DNA of 64,000 nucleotides from Thermodesulfobacteriota bacterium (GTDB taxonomy: Bacteria; Desulfobacterota; Binatia; Bin18): assembly GCA_964291405.2 (NCBI GenBank), contig OZ219926.1, forward strand, positions 4,448,001-4,512,000. The letters are read 5' to 3'. The position numbers and the translations under genes were made by a program. Numbering within the stretch: the first letter of the stretch is position 1; each line of letters starts with the position of its first letter. The notes beneath the pieces were generated by a model. It was given only the letters and a program-made list of their open reading frames with translations, did no database searches and had not been told where the DNA came from. Below are positions 20,580-32,963 of the stretch, piece by piece.

Positions 20580-20613
20580 CTGCCGGACCCGCGCTATGAA
20601 GCCTTCGCTTGCG

Positions 20614-20642
20614 TTGACAGCCTGAGACGGGCAGCGTAGCAT
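20614..20642 (+). promoter_or_regulatory. Sigma70-type promoter of thiC
   Basis: TTGACA-17 bp-TAGCAT just upstream of the riboswitch. Confidence 0.6.
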
Positions 20643-20659
20643 AATCCGATATCAATCCT

Positions 20660-23244
<2,585 letters not shown>

Positions 23245-23425
23245 GCTGTATGACCTCCCTGCCCCCGCTGGGTGCAAAACGCGCTGCCAGATGTAGCATA
23301 CTTATGGGAGTGACGCAAAAGAGAAGGCAAGGACGCGCACTGTGAGAGATATCACTCTCAGCGTGGTTTGTCGTTGGATTCGTTGGAGGAGCAGGGAAGT
23401 TCAGAAGGAAAGAAATGGCCCACGC

Positions 23426-23452
23426 AAAAGAGCCCGCACTAAGGCGGGCTCC
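23426..23452 (-). terminator. Rho-independent terminator of tRNA-Val
   Basis: Minus strand GAGCCCGC-cttagt-GCGGGCTC-TTTT. Confidence 0.75.
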
Positions 23453-23456
23453 TGTA

Positions 23457-23530
23457 TGGTCGCACGGTGACTCGAACACCGGACCTCTTGCATGTGAGGC
23501 AAGCGCTCTAGCCTGCTGAGCTATGCGACC
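23457..23530 (-). tRNA. tRNA-Val(CAC), CCA not encoded
   Basis: Acceptor GGTCGCA/TGCGACC-A; anticodon arm CTTGC-CT-CAC-AT-GCAAG; T arm CGGTG-TTCGAGT-CACCG. Confidence 0.95.
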
Positions 23531-23585
23531 TTAATATAGACTTCCTAGCACGGCACTGAGACTTGTGTAAGAGGGAGAGTCGGTA

Positions 23586-23930
23586 TCAGGAGGCGGAAGA
23601 ACTCGCCGATTGAGACGAACTCTCACTGGTCGAAGAGGAGCCGGAGCTCTTGGCGTCACTCTTGGTCTCGCTGCTTTTGGATTCAGTGCTTTTGGATTCG
23701 CTGCCCTTCGCACCGTCTGAGTCGGACGATTTTGAGCCGTTCTTGCCATAATCGGTCGCGTACCAGCCGCTGCCTTTGAGATGAAAGGAAGACCGGGAGA
23801 TCAGTTTTGTGACAGCGGTCCTCTTGCCGCAGTGCGGGCATAGATAGCGTTTTAACGGTTCGTCGGTAATACGCTGGGAGATTTCAAATTCCCCATCACA
23901 TTTTTTACACGCGTATTCGTAGATCGGCAT
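23586..23930 (-). CDS. FmdB-family zinc-ribbon protein with Ser-rich tail
   Basis: MPIYEYAC..C...CPHCG...[13 protein letters not shown]. Confidence 0.9.
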   Translation of the reverse strand: MPIYEYACKKCDGEFEISQRITDEPLKRYLCPHCGKRTAVTKLISRSSFHLKGSGWYATDYGKNGSKSSDSDGAKGSESKSTESKSSETKSDAKSSGSSSTSESSSQSASSSAS

Positions 23931-24022
23931 GACCACAGGCCTCCAAATCCCCAAGGGATTATCCTACCACGGAACGCTAATCATCCCCCTATTGGTTGTC
24001 AAGGCGGCGGCCGTCACCAGGC

Positions 24023-24328
24023 TTAGCGTAGCGCAAGGGACAGATCGACAAGGCTTTGCACGAGAAAAATCTGGAGAAACTGGATAAAGAGCATGAGCAG
24101 CAGCGGCGTCAGATCAATAGCACCGATGACCGTTGGAAACGGCAGAAGACGGCGCAGGGCATAGAGGACGGGGTCGGTGACAGAACAGAGAAAGCGGACA
24201 ATGGGGTTATAGGGGTCAGCGTTGACCCAGGACAGGACAATACGAATAACCAAGATCCAGAAATAGAGCCAGAGTAAAGAGCCCAGAATGCTGGCCACTG
24301 CTTGCAAAAGATTTCCGAGAATAAACAT
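24023..24328 (-). CDS. yggT: YggT family membrane protein
   Basis: LSWVNADPYNPIVRFL..VTDP, IDLTP; context with proC-yggS. Confidence 0.92.
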   Translation of the reverse strand: MFILGNLLQAVASILGSLLWLYFWILVIRIVLSWVNADPYNPIVRFLCSVTDPVLYALRRLLPFPTVIGAIDLTPLLLMLFIQFLQIFLVQSLVDLSLALR

Positions 24329-24348
24329 TTTCTTGTCTTTCCTCCCCC

Positions 24349-25158
24349 TCAGCCTCGTCCGAGTTCGCGTGACCGACGCGTGGCCGCCGCCACTGCTGCA
24401 CTGACAGTCTTGGAGAAAGCGCCGGTTTCGAGGCGTTTGAGACCGGCCAACGTTGTGCCTCCGGGCGAGGAGACCATTTCGCGGAGTTCCTCGGGACTCT
24501 GTTTTGTCTCCTTGAGCATGGCGACCGCACCTTCCAGGGTTTGAAAGGTGAGGCGTTCGGCAACCGTTGGGCTGAGACCTGCTTTGATACCCCCGGCAAT
24601 CAGTGCTTCCGCGAACAAATACACATAGGCTGGCCCACTGCCGCTCAGTCCGGTGACCGGGTCGAGCAGTTTCTCGTCCTGTACGGCTAACGCATCGCCA
24701 ACACCCCGAAAGAACCTGAGGGCCAGTTTTTCGTCCGCGGCCTTCGCTTTTGTCCCACGGACAACAGCCGTCATGCTTTTCCCCAGCAGGGCCGGCGTAT
24801 TCGGCATGACACGAATCACTCGGGCATCTCCGCCCAGGCCCTTTTCCAAACGGGTCAGCGTGACGCCGGCGGCAATGGAAATAAAGCGTTTTGTCTGAGT
24901 GACAACAGGCTGGATTTCAGCCAAGACCTGATCGATGATTTGCGGCTTGACCGCCAGCACGATGGTCTGTGCTTGCTGCACAACGGTGCGGTTCTCCCGT
25001 ATGCCCTCGACCTGATAGCGGCGTTTGATTTTGCGCAGCTGGGCGGGCAGGGTATCGCTGACGATAATCTCCTGCGGTGTATAGAGCTGGGCATTAATGA
25101 GGCCCTTAATAAGCGCCCCGGCCATATTCCCCGCGCCAATAAACCCAACCTTTTTCAT
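24349..25158 (-). CDS. proC: Pyrroline-5-carboxylate reductase
   Basis: GFIGAGNM, LAVKPQ, RVMPNTP, GLSGSGPAY, SPGGTT. Confidence 0.97.
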   Translation of the reverse strand: MKKVGFIGAGNMAGALIKGLINAQLYTPQEIIVSDTLPAQLRKIKRRYQVEGIRENRTVVQQAQTIVLAVKPQIIDQVLAEIQPVVTQTKRFISIAAGVTLTRLEKGLGGDARVIRVMPNTPALLGKSMTAVVRGTKAKAADEKLALRFFRGVGDALAVQDEKLLDPVTGLSGSGPAYVYLFAEALIAGGIKAGLSPTVAERLTFQTLEGAVAMLKETKQSPEELREMVSSPGGTTLAGLKRLETGAFSKTVSAAVAAATRRSRELGRG

Positions 25159-25197
25159 CCTGGTCCTTCCTCTTCTCGCCTTACGCGGTAGGCGTTA

Positions 25198-25884
25198 TCA
25201 CCGCTCACCAAAAATTGCTCGTCCAACCCGGACGATAGTCGCCCCCTCTTCAATGGCGACCGTGAAATCCTGTGTCATGCCCATCGAGAGCTCACGCAGC
25301 GGCATCCTGGCTACTCCTAGTCTAGCATAGCGCTCCCGCAGCCGCGCCAGGGTCCGAAAATAGGGGCGTGCCTCGTTCGGGTCTGAGACTGTCGGCGGAA
25401 TGGCCATCAATCCGTCGATCTGGAGATGGGACAAGGCGCTGACCCCTTCGAGCAGGACATTGAGAGAATCGGGCTGCACACCGGCCTTGGTCTCCTCTGC
25501 GGCAAGATTTACCTCGATCAAAGCGTGTACCGTTCTGTCCTGTTTTGCGCCCTGTCGGTCCAGCTCTGTGGCCAGTGAGAGGCTATCAAGGGAATGAATG
25601 AGACGAAACAGTGAGACGGCGACCTTGGCCTTGTTGCGCTGAAGATGACCGATGAGGTGCCAGCTTGCTGACTCTGGAATAGCCTGAATCTTGCGCTGCG
25701 CTTCCTGAACATAGTTTTCGCCAATATCGGTTGCGCCGACTCGTAAGGCGGCCCGTACGAGTTCGGGTCCTTTTGTCTTGGCCGCACACACGAGCGTGAC
25801 CTCGTCCGCGCGCCGCCCCGCACGCTCGGCGGCCCGGGCGATCTGCTCGGATACGCGGGCATAATTACTGGCTATATCATCCAT
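25198..25884 (-). CDS. yggS: PLP homeostasis protein YggS/PROSC
   Basis: GENYVQE, WHLIGHLQRNK, LSMGM, EEGATIVRVGRAIFGER. Confidence 0.95.
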   Translation of the reverse strand: MDDIASNYARVSEQIARAAERAGRRADEVTLVCAAKTKGPELVRAALRVGATDIGENYVQEAQRKIQAIPESASWHLIGHLQRNKAKVAVSLFRLIHSLDSLSLATELDRQGAKQDRTVHALIEVNLAAEETKAGVQPDSLNVLLEGVSALSHLQIDGLMAIPPTVSDPNEARPYFRTLARLRERYARLGVARMPLRELSMGMTQDFTVAIEEGATIVRVGRAIFGER

Positions 25885-25906
25885 GACCTTTTTTCTGCTG
25901 TGGGCG

Positions 25907-26500
25907 CTACGCTGAGAGCAGACCAACCGCGCGGAGGGCGGTTGTGACCTCGTCCATGGGTAAGCCGATAATGTTGGTGTGTGAGCCGGAGACCTGAGCA
26001 ACGAGATCGCGCCCCTTGCCTTGAATGGCATAGGCGCCGGCCTTGTCAAAGGGCTCTCCGGTGGCGAGATAGGCGGTTACCTCCGATTCCGACAGCTCCT
26101 TAAAGGTGACCTGACTGGTGACAATCTCGGCGGCAGTCGTCTTGCCGGTGGGGTCCAATAAGACAAAGGCTGTCAGGACTTGATGGGGGTGCCCCGAGAG
26201 GGCGGTGAGCATCTGTCGCGCGTTGTCCAGGTCTGCCGGCTTACCGAAAACCTGGCCTTCCAACACGACTATGGTATCCGCGGCCAAGACCCACAAACCC
26301 GGATGCCGCTCGGCGACCGTGTGGGCCTTTTCCGCGGCAATACGCGCCACATAGGTCTCCGGAGTTTCCTCACGGTGACGGGTTTCCTCCGTGTGGCTGG
26401 GGATAACCCGAAACCGGAGGGGGGTCTGTTGTAACAACTCCCGCCGCCGAGGCGAGGCCGAAGCCAGGATGAGACGGGGAGGACTTTCTTCAGATGACAT
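25907..26500 (-). CDS. maf: Maf-family nucleotide pyrophosphatase
   Basis: LILASASPRRRELL, ADTIV, GKP, DKAGAYAIQG. Confidence 0.95.
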   Translation of the reverse strand: MSSEESPPRLILASASPRRRELLQQTPLRFRVIPSHTEETRHREETPETYVARIAAEKAHTVAERHPGLWVLAADTIVVLEGQVFGKPADLDNARQMLTALSGHPHQVLTAFVLLDPTGKTTAAEIVTSQVTFKELSESEVTAYLATGEPFDKAGAYAIQGKGRDLVAQVSGSHTNIIGLPMDEVTTALRAVGLLSA

Positions 26501-26504
26501 ATAT

Positions 26505-27533
26505 TCACTTGAAGTGCGGAATGACTTCCGCTCCGAATTGGCGAATACAGGCGACGACGCGCTCTGGCGCCGGACCGAGCGGAAGGCGGAAACGCATGAT
26601 AATATAGTCTGCTCCGACGACCTCTTTCCACATCTCAAGCTGTTCTATGCACTCGCTGGGTGAGCCCATGACCAGGTATTTGCTCAGCTTTTTCACTGTG
26701 AAATCCGCCTCCGACGTAAATTCTTCGTTTGGGGAGAGGAGTTTCCAGCGCCAGTAGAAGAGCATCTCTTCCACCCACAACGGCCCAAACGTGTCTTCGG
26801 CCTCTTTACGGGTGGGGGCGACCCAGCCGTCCCGCATGAGTACCACTTTAGGAGAGCGACCGTGTTTCGCCGCACTCTCACGATACAGGCCGGCCTGAGC
26901 CCGCAAATTCGGTATGGGGTCCCAGAAGGGCAGAATACCCCAGGCATCACCCAGCCGGCCGGCTCGTTTGATAGCCTCGGGATACGCGGCTCCAATCCAC
27001 AGCGGCGGCCCGCCTGCCTGATAGGGTTTTGGGGTCAACATGACATGGTCGAACTGGAAACGCTTGCCGTGGTAGGAGAACGGCGTGTGGCTGCTCCAGG
27101 CCAGACGTAGGATATCGAGACTCTCTTCAAAGCGAGAGAAGCGCTGCTTATACGGCTCGTTGAACAGCCGAAAATAGTCGGGGTGGTAGCCGAGCCCAAC
27201 GCCTAATATGACCCGGCCTTTGGACATCAGGTCAATCATGGCCACATCTTCAGCCAGATGCATGGGGTTGTAATACGGCGTTTGTAGAACAAAGGTGCCA
27301 AGATCAACCCGCTCGGTGCGAGTGGCATAGCCGGCCAGCATGACCAAGGGCGGCGGGAACATAGTCTCGGTGCGGTGGTGCCGCTCGGGCAGAAAGACGC
27401 CGTCAAAGCCGGCCTGCTCTGCCTCAATACCCTCGTTCAGCAATTGGTCGCAGAACTGCGCGACTACCTCGGGGGAGGGCTCGGGCTGATTATACGGACC
27501 ACCGTGGGTGTCAGGCATATAACCGATTTTCAT
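26505..27533 (-). CDS. LLM-class flavin-dependent oxidoreductase
   Basis: GFDGVFLPERH, P.HLAED.AMID..SKGR..LGVGLGY, PKPYQ..GPPLWIG. Confidence 0.9.
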   Translation of the reverse strand: MKIGYMPDTHGGPYNQPEPSPEVVAQFCDQLLNEGIEAEQAGFDGVFLPERHHRTETMFPPPLVMLAGYATRTERVDLGTFVLQTPYYNPMHLAEDVAMIDLMSKGRVILGVGLGYHPDYFRLFNEPYKQRFSRFEESLDILRLAWSSHTPFSYHGKRFQFDHVMLTPKPYQAGGPPLWIGAAYPEAIKRAGRLGDAWGILPFWDPIPNLRAQAGLYRESAAKHGRSPKVVLMRDGWVAPTRKEAEDTFGPLWVEEMLFYWRWKLLSPNEEFTSEADFTVKKLSKYLVMGSPSECIEQLEMWKEVVGADYIIMRFRLPLGPAPERVVACIRQFGAEVIPHFK

Positions 27534-27590
27534 GGATCTGGTCTCTCCTCGGAATGACAACGGTTCAGGATACTCTAGCGGCGCAAGGCG

Positions 27591-28757
27591 TTAGTACGAC
27601 TTCGGTAGCCCGAGTACGTGTTCGCCCACGTAATTCAGCACCATTTCCTGTGAGATAGGCGCAATACGAAAGAGCCGCGCCTCGCGCCAGTAGCGTTCCA
27701 CGTCGTACTCTTTGATATAGCCATAGCCGCCGTGAGCTTGAATCGCCCGGTCGGCCGCTTCACAGGCGGCCTCCGCGGCCATATACTTCGAGATGTTGGC
27801 TTCTTTGCCACAGGGCTGACCCTGGTCGTATAAAGAGGCGGCTTTCTGAACCATAAGTTCAGCGGTTTCCAGCTTGGCAAAGGATTCGGCCAGTGGGAAT
27901 TGAATGCCCTGGTTTTTGCCAATCGGGCGTCCAAAGACCTCGCGTTCTTTGGCGTACTGCACCGCCTTCTCGATTGCGCGTTTGCCCATGCCGACACACT
28001 CGGCCGCAATCAGAATGCGTTCCGGATTGATTCCATCAAGAATGTAGTAAAAGCCCCGACCTTCTTCGCCAATTAAATCCTCCTTGGCCACGTACAGATT
28101 GTCGATAAACAGCATATTGGTATCAACCGCCTTACGGCCGAGCTTGTGGAGTTCCTGGATTTCCACGGCCTCGGGGTCGATGTCGGCAAAGAAGAGACTC
28201 ATCCCCAGCGTTTTCTTTTCCACTTGATCAAACGGGGTGGTCCGCGTTAGCAGCAGCATTTTCTTGGACTCTTGGGCCTTGGTAATAAAGACCTTCTGAC
28301 CGTTAATGAGATACCCGTCGCCGCTCTTGGCGGCGAAGGTGCTGATCTGGGTCGTATTTGTGCCCGCATCCGGCTCGGTCACGGCAAACGACACATGGAT
28401 GTCTCCCCTGAGAATGGGGGCGAGGTATTTGTCCTTGGCCGCCTGAGTGCCGTATTTGATGAGCGGCTCCAGACCGAAGATGCCCAGATGAATGGCCGAG
28501 CAGGCCTGCGTGCCGCCGCCACACTCCGCCACTGTCTGCATGACGAGCGCGGCTTCGGTAATGCCCAGACCGGCCCCGCCGTATTCTCTGGGGATGGTGA
28601 CGCCCAGCCAGCCCCCGTCGGCAACGGCCTGGTAAAACTCCCAGGGGAATTCCCCGCTCTCATCTCGCTCCCGCCAGTACTCGTCCGGAAAACGTGAACA
28701 CAGCGCACGGACCTGTTTGCGAATCTCTTCCTGCTCGTCTGTCAACTGGAAATCCAT
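27591..28757 (-). CDS. Acyl-CoA dehydrogenase
   Basis: FAVTEPDAGT, INGQKVFIT, R.VFGRPI, QAHGGYGY..EY.VER. Confidence 0.95.
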   Translation of the reverse strand: MDFQLTDEQEEIRKQVRALCSRFPDEYWRERDESGEFPWEFYQAVADGGWLGVTIPREYGGAGLGITEAALVMQTVAECGGGTQACSAIHLGIFGLEPLIKYGTQAAKDKYLAPILRGDIHVSFAVTEPDAGTNTTQISTFAAKSGDGYLINGQKVFITKAQESKKMLLLTRTTPFDQVEKKTLGMSLFFADIDPEAVEIQELHKLGRKAVDTNMLFIDNLYVAKEDLIGEEGRGFYYILDGINPERILIAAECVGMGKRAIEKAVQYAKEREVFGRPIGKNQGIQFPLAESFAKLETAELMVQKAASLYDQGQPCGKEANISKYMAAEAACEAADRAIQAHGGYGYIKEYDVERYWREARLFRIAPISQEMVLNYVGEHVLGLPKSY

Positions 28758-28944
28758 AGCTGCCCTCCTGCGTGCGCCTCATCTCTACCATTTGGCTGCG
28801 GCCCTGCCAATTCCTCCCAATGCTTCGGGGATCGCTCTGGATCGCCGTCGGATTCCTTGCGTGAAAAAACGACCCCGGATAGGGTACGGACCGAGGTGGC
28901 CGACTCTCAGAACGGCCGCAGACGGAGCGAATCAGGAGGAAGAC

Positions 28945-29694
28945 ATGGCCGGACGATTAGACGGGAAAGTCGCACTTATTTCAGGCGGGGCGAGTGGTAT
29001 TGGCGCGGCCCACGCACGGGTGTTTGCAGCCGAGGGAGCACGGGTCGTTATTGGCGACATCCAGGAGGATAAAGGCCAGGAGGTTGCTGCCGACGTCAAT
29101 AATAATGGAGAAGAGGCGATCTTTGTCCGTTTGGATGTCACGAGTGAAAACGACTGGCAGAACGCCGTTCATGAAGCCGTGGCGCGGTTCGGCAAGCTGA
29201 CCACGCTGATCAATAATGCCGGGGTATACTGGCCGGCTGGGGTCGAGGAGGAAACCCGGGACCAGTGGCAGAAAATGATCGAGATCAATCAGACCGGTGT
29301 CTGGTTGGGCATGAAAACCGCGGTGCCGGCACTGCGCGCATCCGGGAACGCGGCCATTGTGAACATCTCGTCATTGTATGGTTTGATCGGCAGCCCTGGC
29401 TCCATCGCCTATCACGCCTCAAAGGGTGCAGTGCGACTCATGACCAAAGCCGCGGCCTTGGAGTATGTGCGGCAGGGGATACGGGTGAACTCCATCCATC
29501 CCGGCCAGATTGATACGCCTATTCTGGCCGGACTGACCCCGGAGCAGGACGCCGAGATCAAGGAAGCCACGCCCATGGGTCGGCTGGGCCGCCCGGAAGA
29601 AATCGCCTATGGCTCGCTCTATCTGTGTTCCGATGAAGCCTCCTATACTACCGGGACCGAGCTGATCATCGACGGCGGCTGGTTTGCCCAGTAA
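28945..29694 (+). CDS. SDR family oxidoreductase (3alpha,20beta-HSDH-like)
   Basis: SGGASGIG, NNAG, YHASK, RVNSIHPG. Confidence 0.92.
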   Translation: MAGRLDGKVALISGGASGIGAAHARVFAAEGARVVIGDIQEDKGQEVAADVNNNGEEAIFVRLDVTSENDWQNAVHEAVARFGKLTTLINNAGVYWPAGVEEETRDQWQKMIEINQTGVWLGMKTAVPALRASGNAAIVNISSLYGLIGSPGSIAYHASKGAVRLMTKAAALEYVRQGIRVNSIHPGQIDTPILAGLTPEQDAEIKEATPMGRLGRPEEIAYGSLYLCSDEASYTTGTELIIDGGWFAQ

Positions 29695-29735
29695 CGAAGC
29701 CAGTAACGAAGCCAGTAACGAAGCCAGTAACGAAG
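29688..29735 (+). repeat. Perfect tandem repeat, 4 x CCAGTAACGAAG
   Basis: Four exact 12-bp units; the first contains the SDR stop codon. Confidence 0.95.
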
Positions 29736-29749
29736 AGAGGAGAACGATA

Positions 29750-30211
29750 ATGAACCGACGGAATCAGATTGCCATGACGACAGAAGAACTCTCCACCTAT
29801 CTGAACGAAGCCCGGAATATGTCGCTATGTACCATCGGCAAGGACGGGTATCCGCACGTGGTGGCTATGTCGTATATGGCCAAGGACGGCCTTATTTATA
29901 TGTCGTCCTTCAAGAAGGCCCAAAAAGTCGTAAACGCCAAAAGGAATCCCAAAGTCGCGGTCATGGTCGAATCCGGCCGGGCCTATAGCGAGCTTAAGGG
30001 TGTCCTGATCCGGGGCGACTGTGAAGTAATTGACGAGCCGGAAGCAGTCTGGGAGCTTATGAAAGAGGTGCGGGACTTCCAGGGAACAACGGTGACGCCA
30101 ACGGAGGACGCGGTGCTGAAGGAGCGTGCCAAGAAACGCGCCGTCCTCAAGATTACGCCGGTCAAAACCTCAAGCTGGGATCACACCAAATTGCCGGAAG
30201 GGGTGTACTAG
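29750..30211 (+). CDS. Pyridoxamine 5'-phosphate oxidase-like (PPOX/FDOR) protein
   Basis: TIGKDGYPH.V.M.Y, K..N..RNPKVAV.VESG..Y.EL.GV, SWDH.KL. Confidence 0.88.
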   Translation: MNRRNQIAMTTEELSTYLNEARNMSLCTIGKDGYPHVVAMSYMAKDGLIYMSSFKKAQKVVNAKRNPKVAVMVESGRAYSELKGVLIRGDCEVIDEPEAVWELMKEVRDFQGTTVTPTEDAVLKERAKKRAVLKITPVKTSSWDHTKLPEGVY

Positions 30212-30356
30212 AGCGGTTTACGATACGTTGGAGCCGTGCCAGTCCGCGCTCGTCGGGAAGGACACGGGCCTGCCCCAAGCGTCCCAGGGGGGGCGGGGTG
30301 GGTTCTGCGATCAGGTGAGGCGGTAACCAGCCTTCTTCGTCAGCCATAACAACATC

Positions 30357-31772
30357 TCACCGCTTTTTCTTCTTCCCGTATCGTTGCGGCCGGCGGGCGC
30401 GAAAATCGAGCCGGACCGGCGCACCTTCGAGGTCAAACGCGCCTCTGAGCTGGTTCTCCAAATACCGCTCGTAGTGAGCTGGGACGCCATCCGGCGAGCT
30501 GGTATACACGGCAATTTTGGGTGGCCTGGTTTCAACCTGGGTGGCGTAATAAAAGCGCACTGGCTTGCGGTGATAGATGGGAGCCGGATGGCGGGTAGTC
30601 CACTCGGTAAACGCCTGATTCAAGACGGGTGTTGAAATCTCAGTGCAATGTGCCTGAGCCACGCGGTCAATGGTGGGCAGCAAATGTTTCACGCGCGAGC
30701 CGGTCAGGGCGGACAGAAAAACAATCGGCAGCGGCTGCGTGACCGGAAACTCCTCGCGAAGCGCCTGTATGAATTGGGGCTGATTTTTTCGGTCTGACGG
30801 AATCAGGTCCCATTTATTGACAACAAGCACGATGCCGCGTCCGCGCTCCCAGGCGTAGCGAATGAGACGCGCATCCTGGTCAGTCATGCCCTCCTGGGCG
30901 TCAAAGACCAGCAGGCCAATCTCTGCCCGCTCCAGCGCTTTCAGAGCGATCAGCGCACTGGCCTGCTCAATATGCTCATGAATGCGGGTCCGCCGCCGCA
31001 CGCCGGCGGTATCGACCAGCAGAACGTGCTTGTCCTGCCAGACCAGCCAGCTATCAACGGCGTCGCGCGTCGTCCCCGGAGTGGAGTCCACAATGGAACG
31101 CTCGACTCCCACCAGGCGGTTGAGGAGGGAAGATTTACCAACGTTGGGCCGTCCGATAATGGCCAGCCTGAGGTCCGGTTTGGCAACGGAGGCGGCTACA
31201 TCAAGAGCAGCAGGAGAGGGGGCTTCTGACTGTTCCGAAAAAGTCTCAACCACCGTATCCAGCAATTCGGAAACGCCCCGACCGTGGGCGGCCGAAATGG
31301 GAAAGAAGGAATCGAGGCCCAGGGCGTAGAACTCGTTCGAGGTGAGCTCCTGTTTGTCGCCATCGATCTTATTGACCGCAAAAAAAACAGGCGTGTCACT
31401 CCGTCGCAGCAGATCAACCGCCTGGGCGTCTGCCGGATTGACGCCTTCCTTGCCGTCGAACAGAAAAATAACCCGGTCGGCTTCCGCAATGGCCAGGCGC
31501 GTCTGTTCCTGCACCCGTCCGACAAGTCCTTCCTTTTCGCTCGGATCGATCCCGCCGGTATCCACGAGCAAAAACGGGCTACCCTGCCATTTTACCTGGG
31601 CGAAATTACGGTCCCGAGTGACACCCGGCGTATTGTCCACGACGGCCTTGCGCCGGCGGCTCAGACGATTAAACAGCGTGGACTTGCCAACGTTCGGTCG
31701 CCCGACCAGGGCAACGACCGGCAGGCGTTCGGGTGAGACGGCTTGAACAGGGATTTCGGTTACAGTTTCCAT
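30357..31772 (-). CDS. der: Ribosome biogenesis GTPase Der (EngA)
   Basis: Two GRPNVGKS domains, GVTRD/GTTRD, DTGG/DTAG, NKID/NKWD, KH-like tail. Confidence 0.97.
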   Translation of the reverse strand: METVTEIPVQAVSPERLPVVALVGRPNVGKSTLFNRLSRRRKAVVDNTPGVTRDRNFAQVKWQGSPFLLVDTGGIDPSEKEGLVGRVQEQTRLAIAEADRVIFLFDGKEGVNPADAQAVDLLRRSDTPVFFAVNKIDGDKQELTSNEFYALGLDSFFPISAAHGRGVSELLDTVVETFSEQSEAPSPAALDVAASVAKPDLRLAIIGRPNVGKSSLLNRLVGVERSIVDSTPGTTRDAVDSWLVWQDKHVLLVDTAGVRRRTRIHEHIEQASALIALKALERAEIGLLVFDAQEGMTDQDARLIRYAWERGRGIVLVVNKWDLIPSDRKNQPQFIQALREEFPVTQPLPIVFLSALTGSRVKHLLPTIDRVAQAHCTEISTPVLNQAFTEWTTRHPAPIYHRKPVRFYYATQVETRPPKIAVYTSSPDGVPAHYERYLENQLRGAFDLEGAPVRLDFRARRPQRYGKKKKR

Positions 31773-31834
31773 GTATAGGCCGGCATCATACCATTCAGAC
31801 AAAGTCGCGGGTAAGGGCGGGTTGCCCCGGACAA

Positions 31835-31922
31835 GCCCTTCGACTTCGCTCCGCTACGCTCAGGGTGAACGGACAAGACGCCGCTCGTCCTGAGCGTAGC
31901 CCCGGAGGGGCGAAGTCGAAGG
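31835..31922. repeat. Palindromic REP/MITE-like element, copy 1
   Basis: CTTCGACTTCGC..GCTACGCTCAGG...CCTGAGCGTAGC..GCGAAGTCGAAG; inverted homolog at 52893-52977. Confidence 0.85.
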
Positions 31923-32085
31923 ACGCACTCTGGCTCCCCTCCGAGGAACAGGTAAGGGCAGGGGCACGCCCCAATTTCCAACCCCCAATCCCCAACCCCT
32001 AATCCCTTTCCAATCACAGCAGTTGACGACCGCCGAGAAAAAGCATTCTCTTGTGACACCAACGCGAACAGAAAAAGGAGGTCGT

Positions 32086-32640
32086 ATGCCAAAATTATCA
32101 GTTGCCGAACGCGACGCATTTCTCCAGGAGCGAGGTCATTTGGCCCGGCTTGCCACCCTTCAGGAAGACGGCAGCCCCAGCGTGGTGCCGGTCTGGTTTG
32201 TGTACGAGGACGGAAAAATCATCATCACCCCACGCAAATACTCGGCCTTCTGGACCAACGTCCAAAGAGACGCACGGGTGGCCATCACGATTGATGAAGA
32301 AGCCGGCCTGTATCGCAAGGTGCTGGTCGAAGGAAAAGCCGAGGTGCTCTATCCGCTCGGCCACGACGACGAATGGCGGGACATCTACCGCCGCATCACC
32401 ATGCGCTACGTGGACGAAGAGTCGGGCGACTACTATCTGACCGAGACCCACGACCAGCCCCGCGCCCTGATCGGCGTCGCTCTGGAATCGGCCAAGGTCA
32501 TGACCTGGCGCATGCCCGGCGAAGGCGAAGCGTTCAGCGGCATCTGGGCCACGCGCTTTTATGAGCAGGGGTCGAAAATGCGAGCGCAGGTTGCCTCAGG
32601 CGGAGGTGAGGCAAGTGGGGATAAACTCAAGGTCGGCTGA
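32086..32640 (+). CDS. Pyridoxamine 5'-phosphate oxidase-like (PPOX/FDOR) protein
   Basis: ARLATLQEDGSP.VVPVWF, N..RDARVAITID; AGGAGG RBS. Confidence 0.88.
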   Translation: MPKLSVAERDAFLQERGHLARLATLQEDGSPSVVPVWFVYEDGKIIITPRKYSAFWTNVQRDARVAITIDEEAGLYRKVLVEGKAEVLYPLGHDDEWRDIYRRITMRYVDEESGDYYLTETHDQPRALIGVALESAKVMTWRMPGEGEAFSGIWATRFYEQGSKMRAQVASGGGEASGDKLKVG

Positions 32641-32683
32641 CCGTCCTCGCCCGTATTCATCTCAGTAGAATCATACTCCTTAT

Positions 32684-32719
32684 TGGACAAATTTTATGAC
32701 TGGCCATATAATATGTCCA
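32684..32719 (+). promoter_or_regulatory. Promoter/operator of the phd-vapC operon
   Basis: TGGACA-17 bp-TATAAT; TGGACA...TGTCCA inverted pair spans the promoter. Confidence 0.65.
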
Positions 32720-32738
32720 TTTCAAGCGGAGAAACGAT

Positions 32739-32963
32739 ATGAAAACGATTGGCGCTGCAAAGTTCAAGGAACAGTGCTTGGCATTATTGGACCGACTTGA
32801 CGCCGAGGGCTTAATCGTGACCAAGCACGGCAAGCCGGTCGCACGCGTTGTTCCCTACGACCAGCAGTGCGCCGACCTGATCGGCAGCCTGCAACACAAG
32901 ATCAAAATTCAAGGCGGCATTTTGACAACCGGTGTCCACTGGAATGCCGATGCTCAATCTTGA
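32739..32963 (+). CDS. Phd/YefM family antitoxin
   Basis: AAKFK..CL.LLD....IVTKHGKPVARVVP. Confidence 0.92.
   Translation: MKTIGAAKFKEQCLALLDRLDAEGLIVTKHGKPVARVVPYDQQCADLIGSLQHKIKIQGGILTTGVHWNADAQS

Noticed and set aside
23457-23530. tRNA-Val as an integration site with the adjacent XRE gene as a prophage repressor
   Set aside because: No integrase, phage genes or duplicated tRNA 3' end seen; the native terminator follows directly.
23586-23740. Low-complexity Ser/Lys/Glu repeats
   Set aside because: Ordinary disordered tail typical of FmdB zinc-ribbon proteins.
29688-29735. CRISPR-like repeat, or an N-terminal (SNEA)n extension of the PPOX protein
   Set aside because: No spacers or cas genes; a good RBS precedes ATG 29750, so the repeat is probably untranslated.
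30230-30340. SRP RNA, 6S RNA or tRNA-Sec
   Set aside because: Could not find the SRP helix-8 motif, a closing long stem or a cloverleaf.
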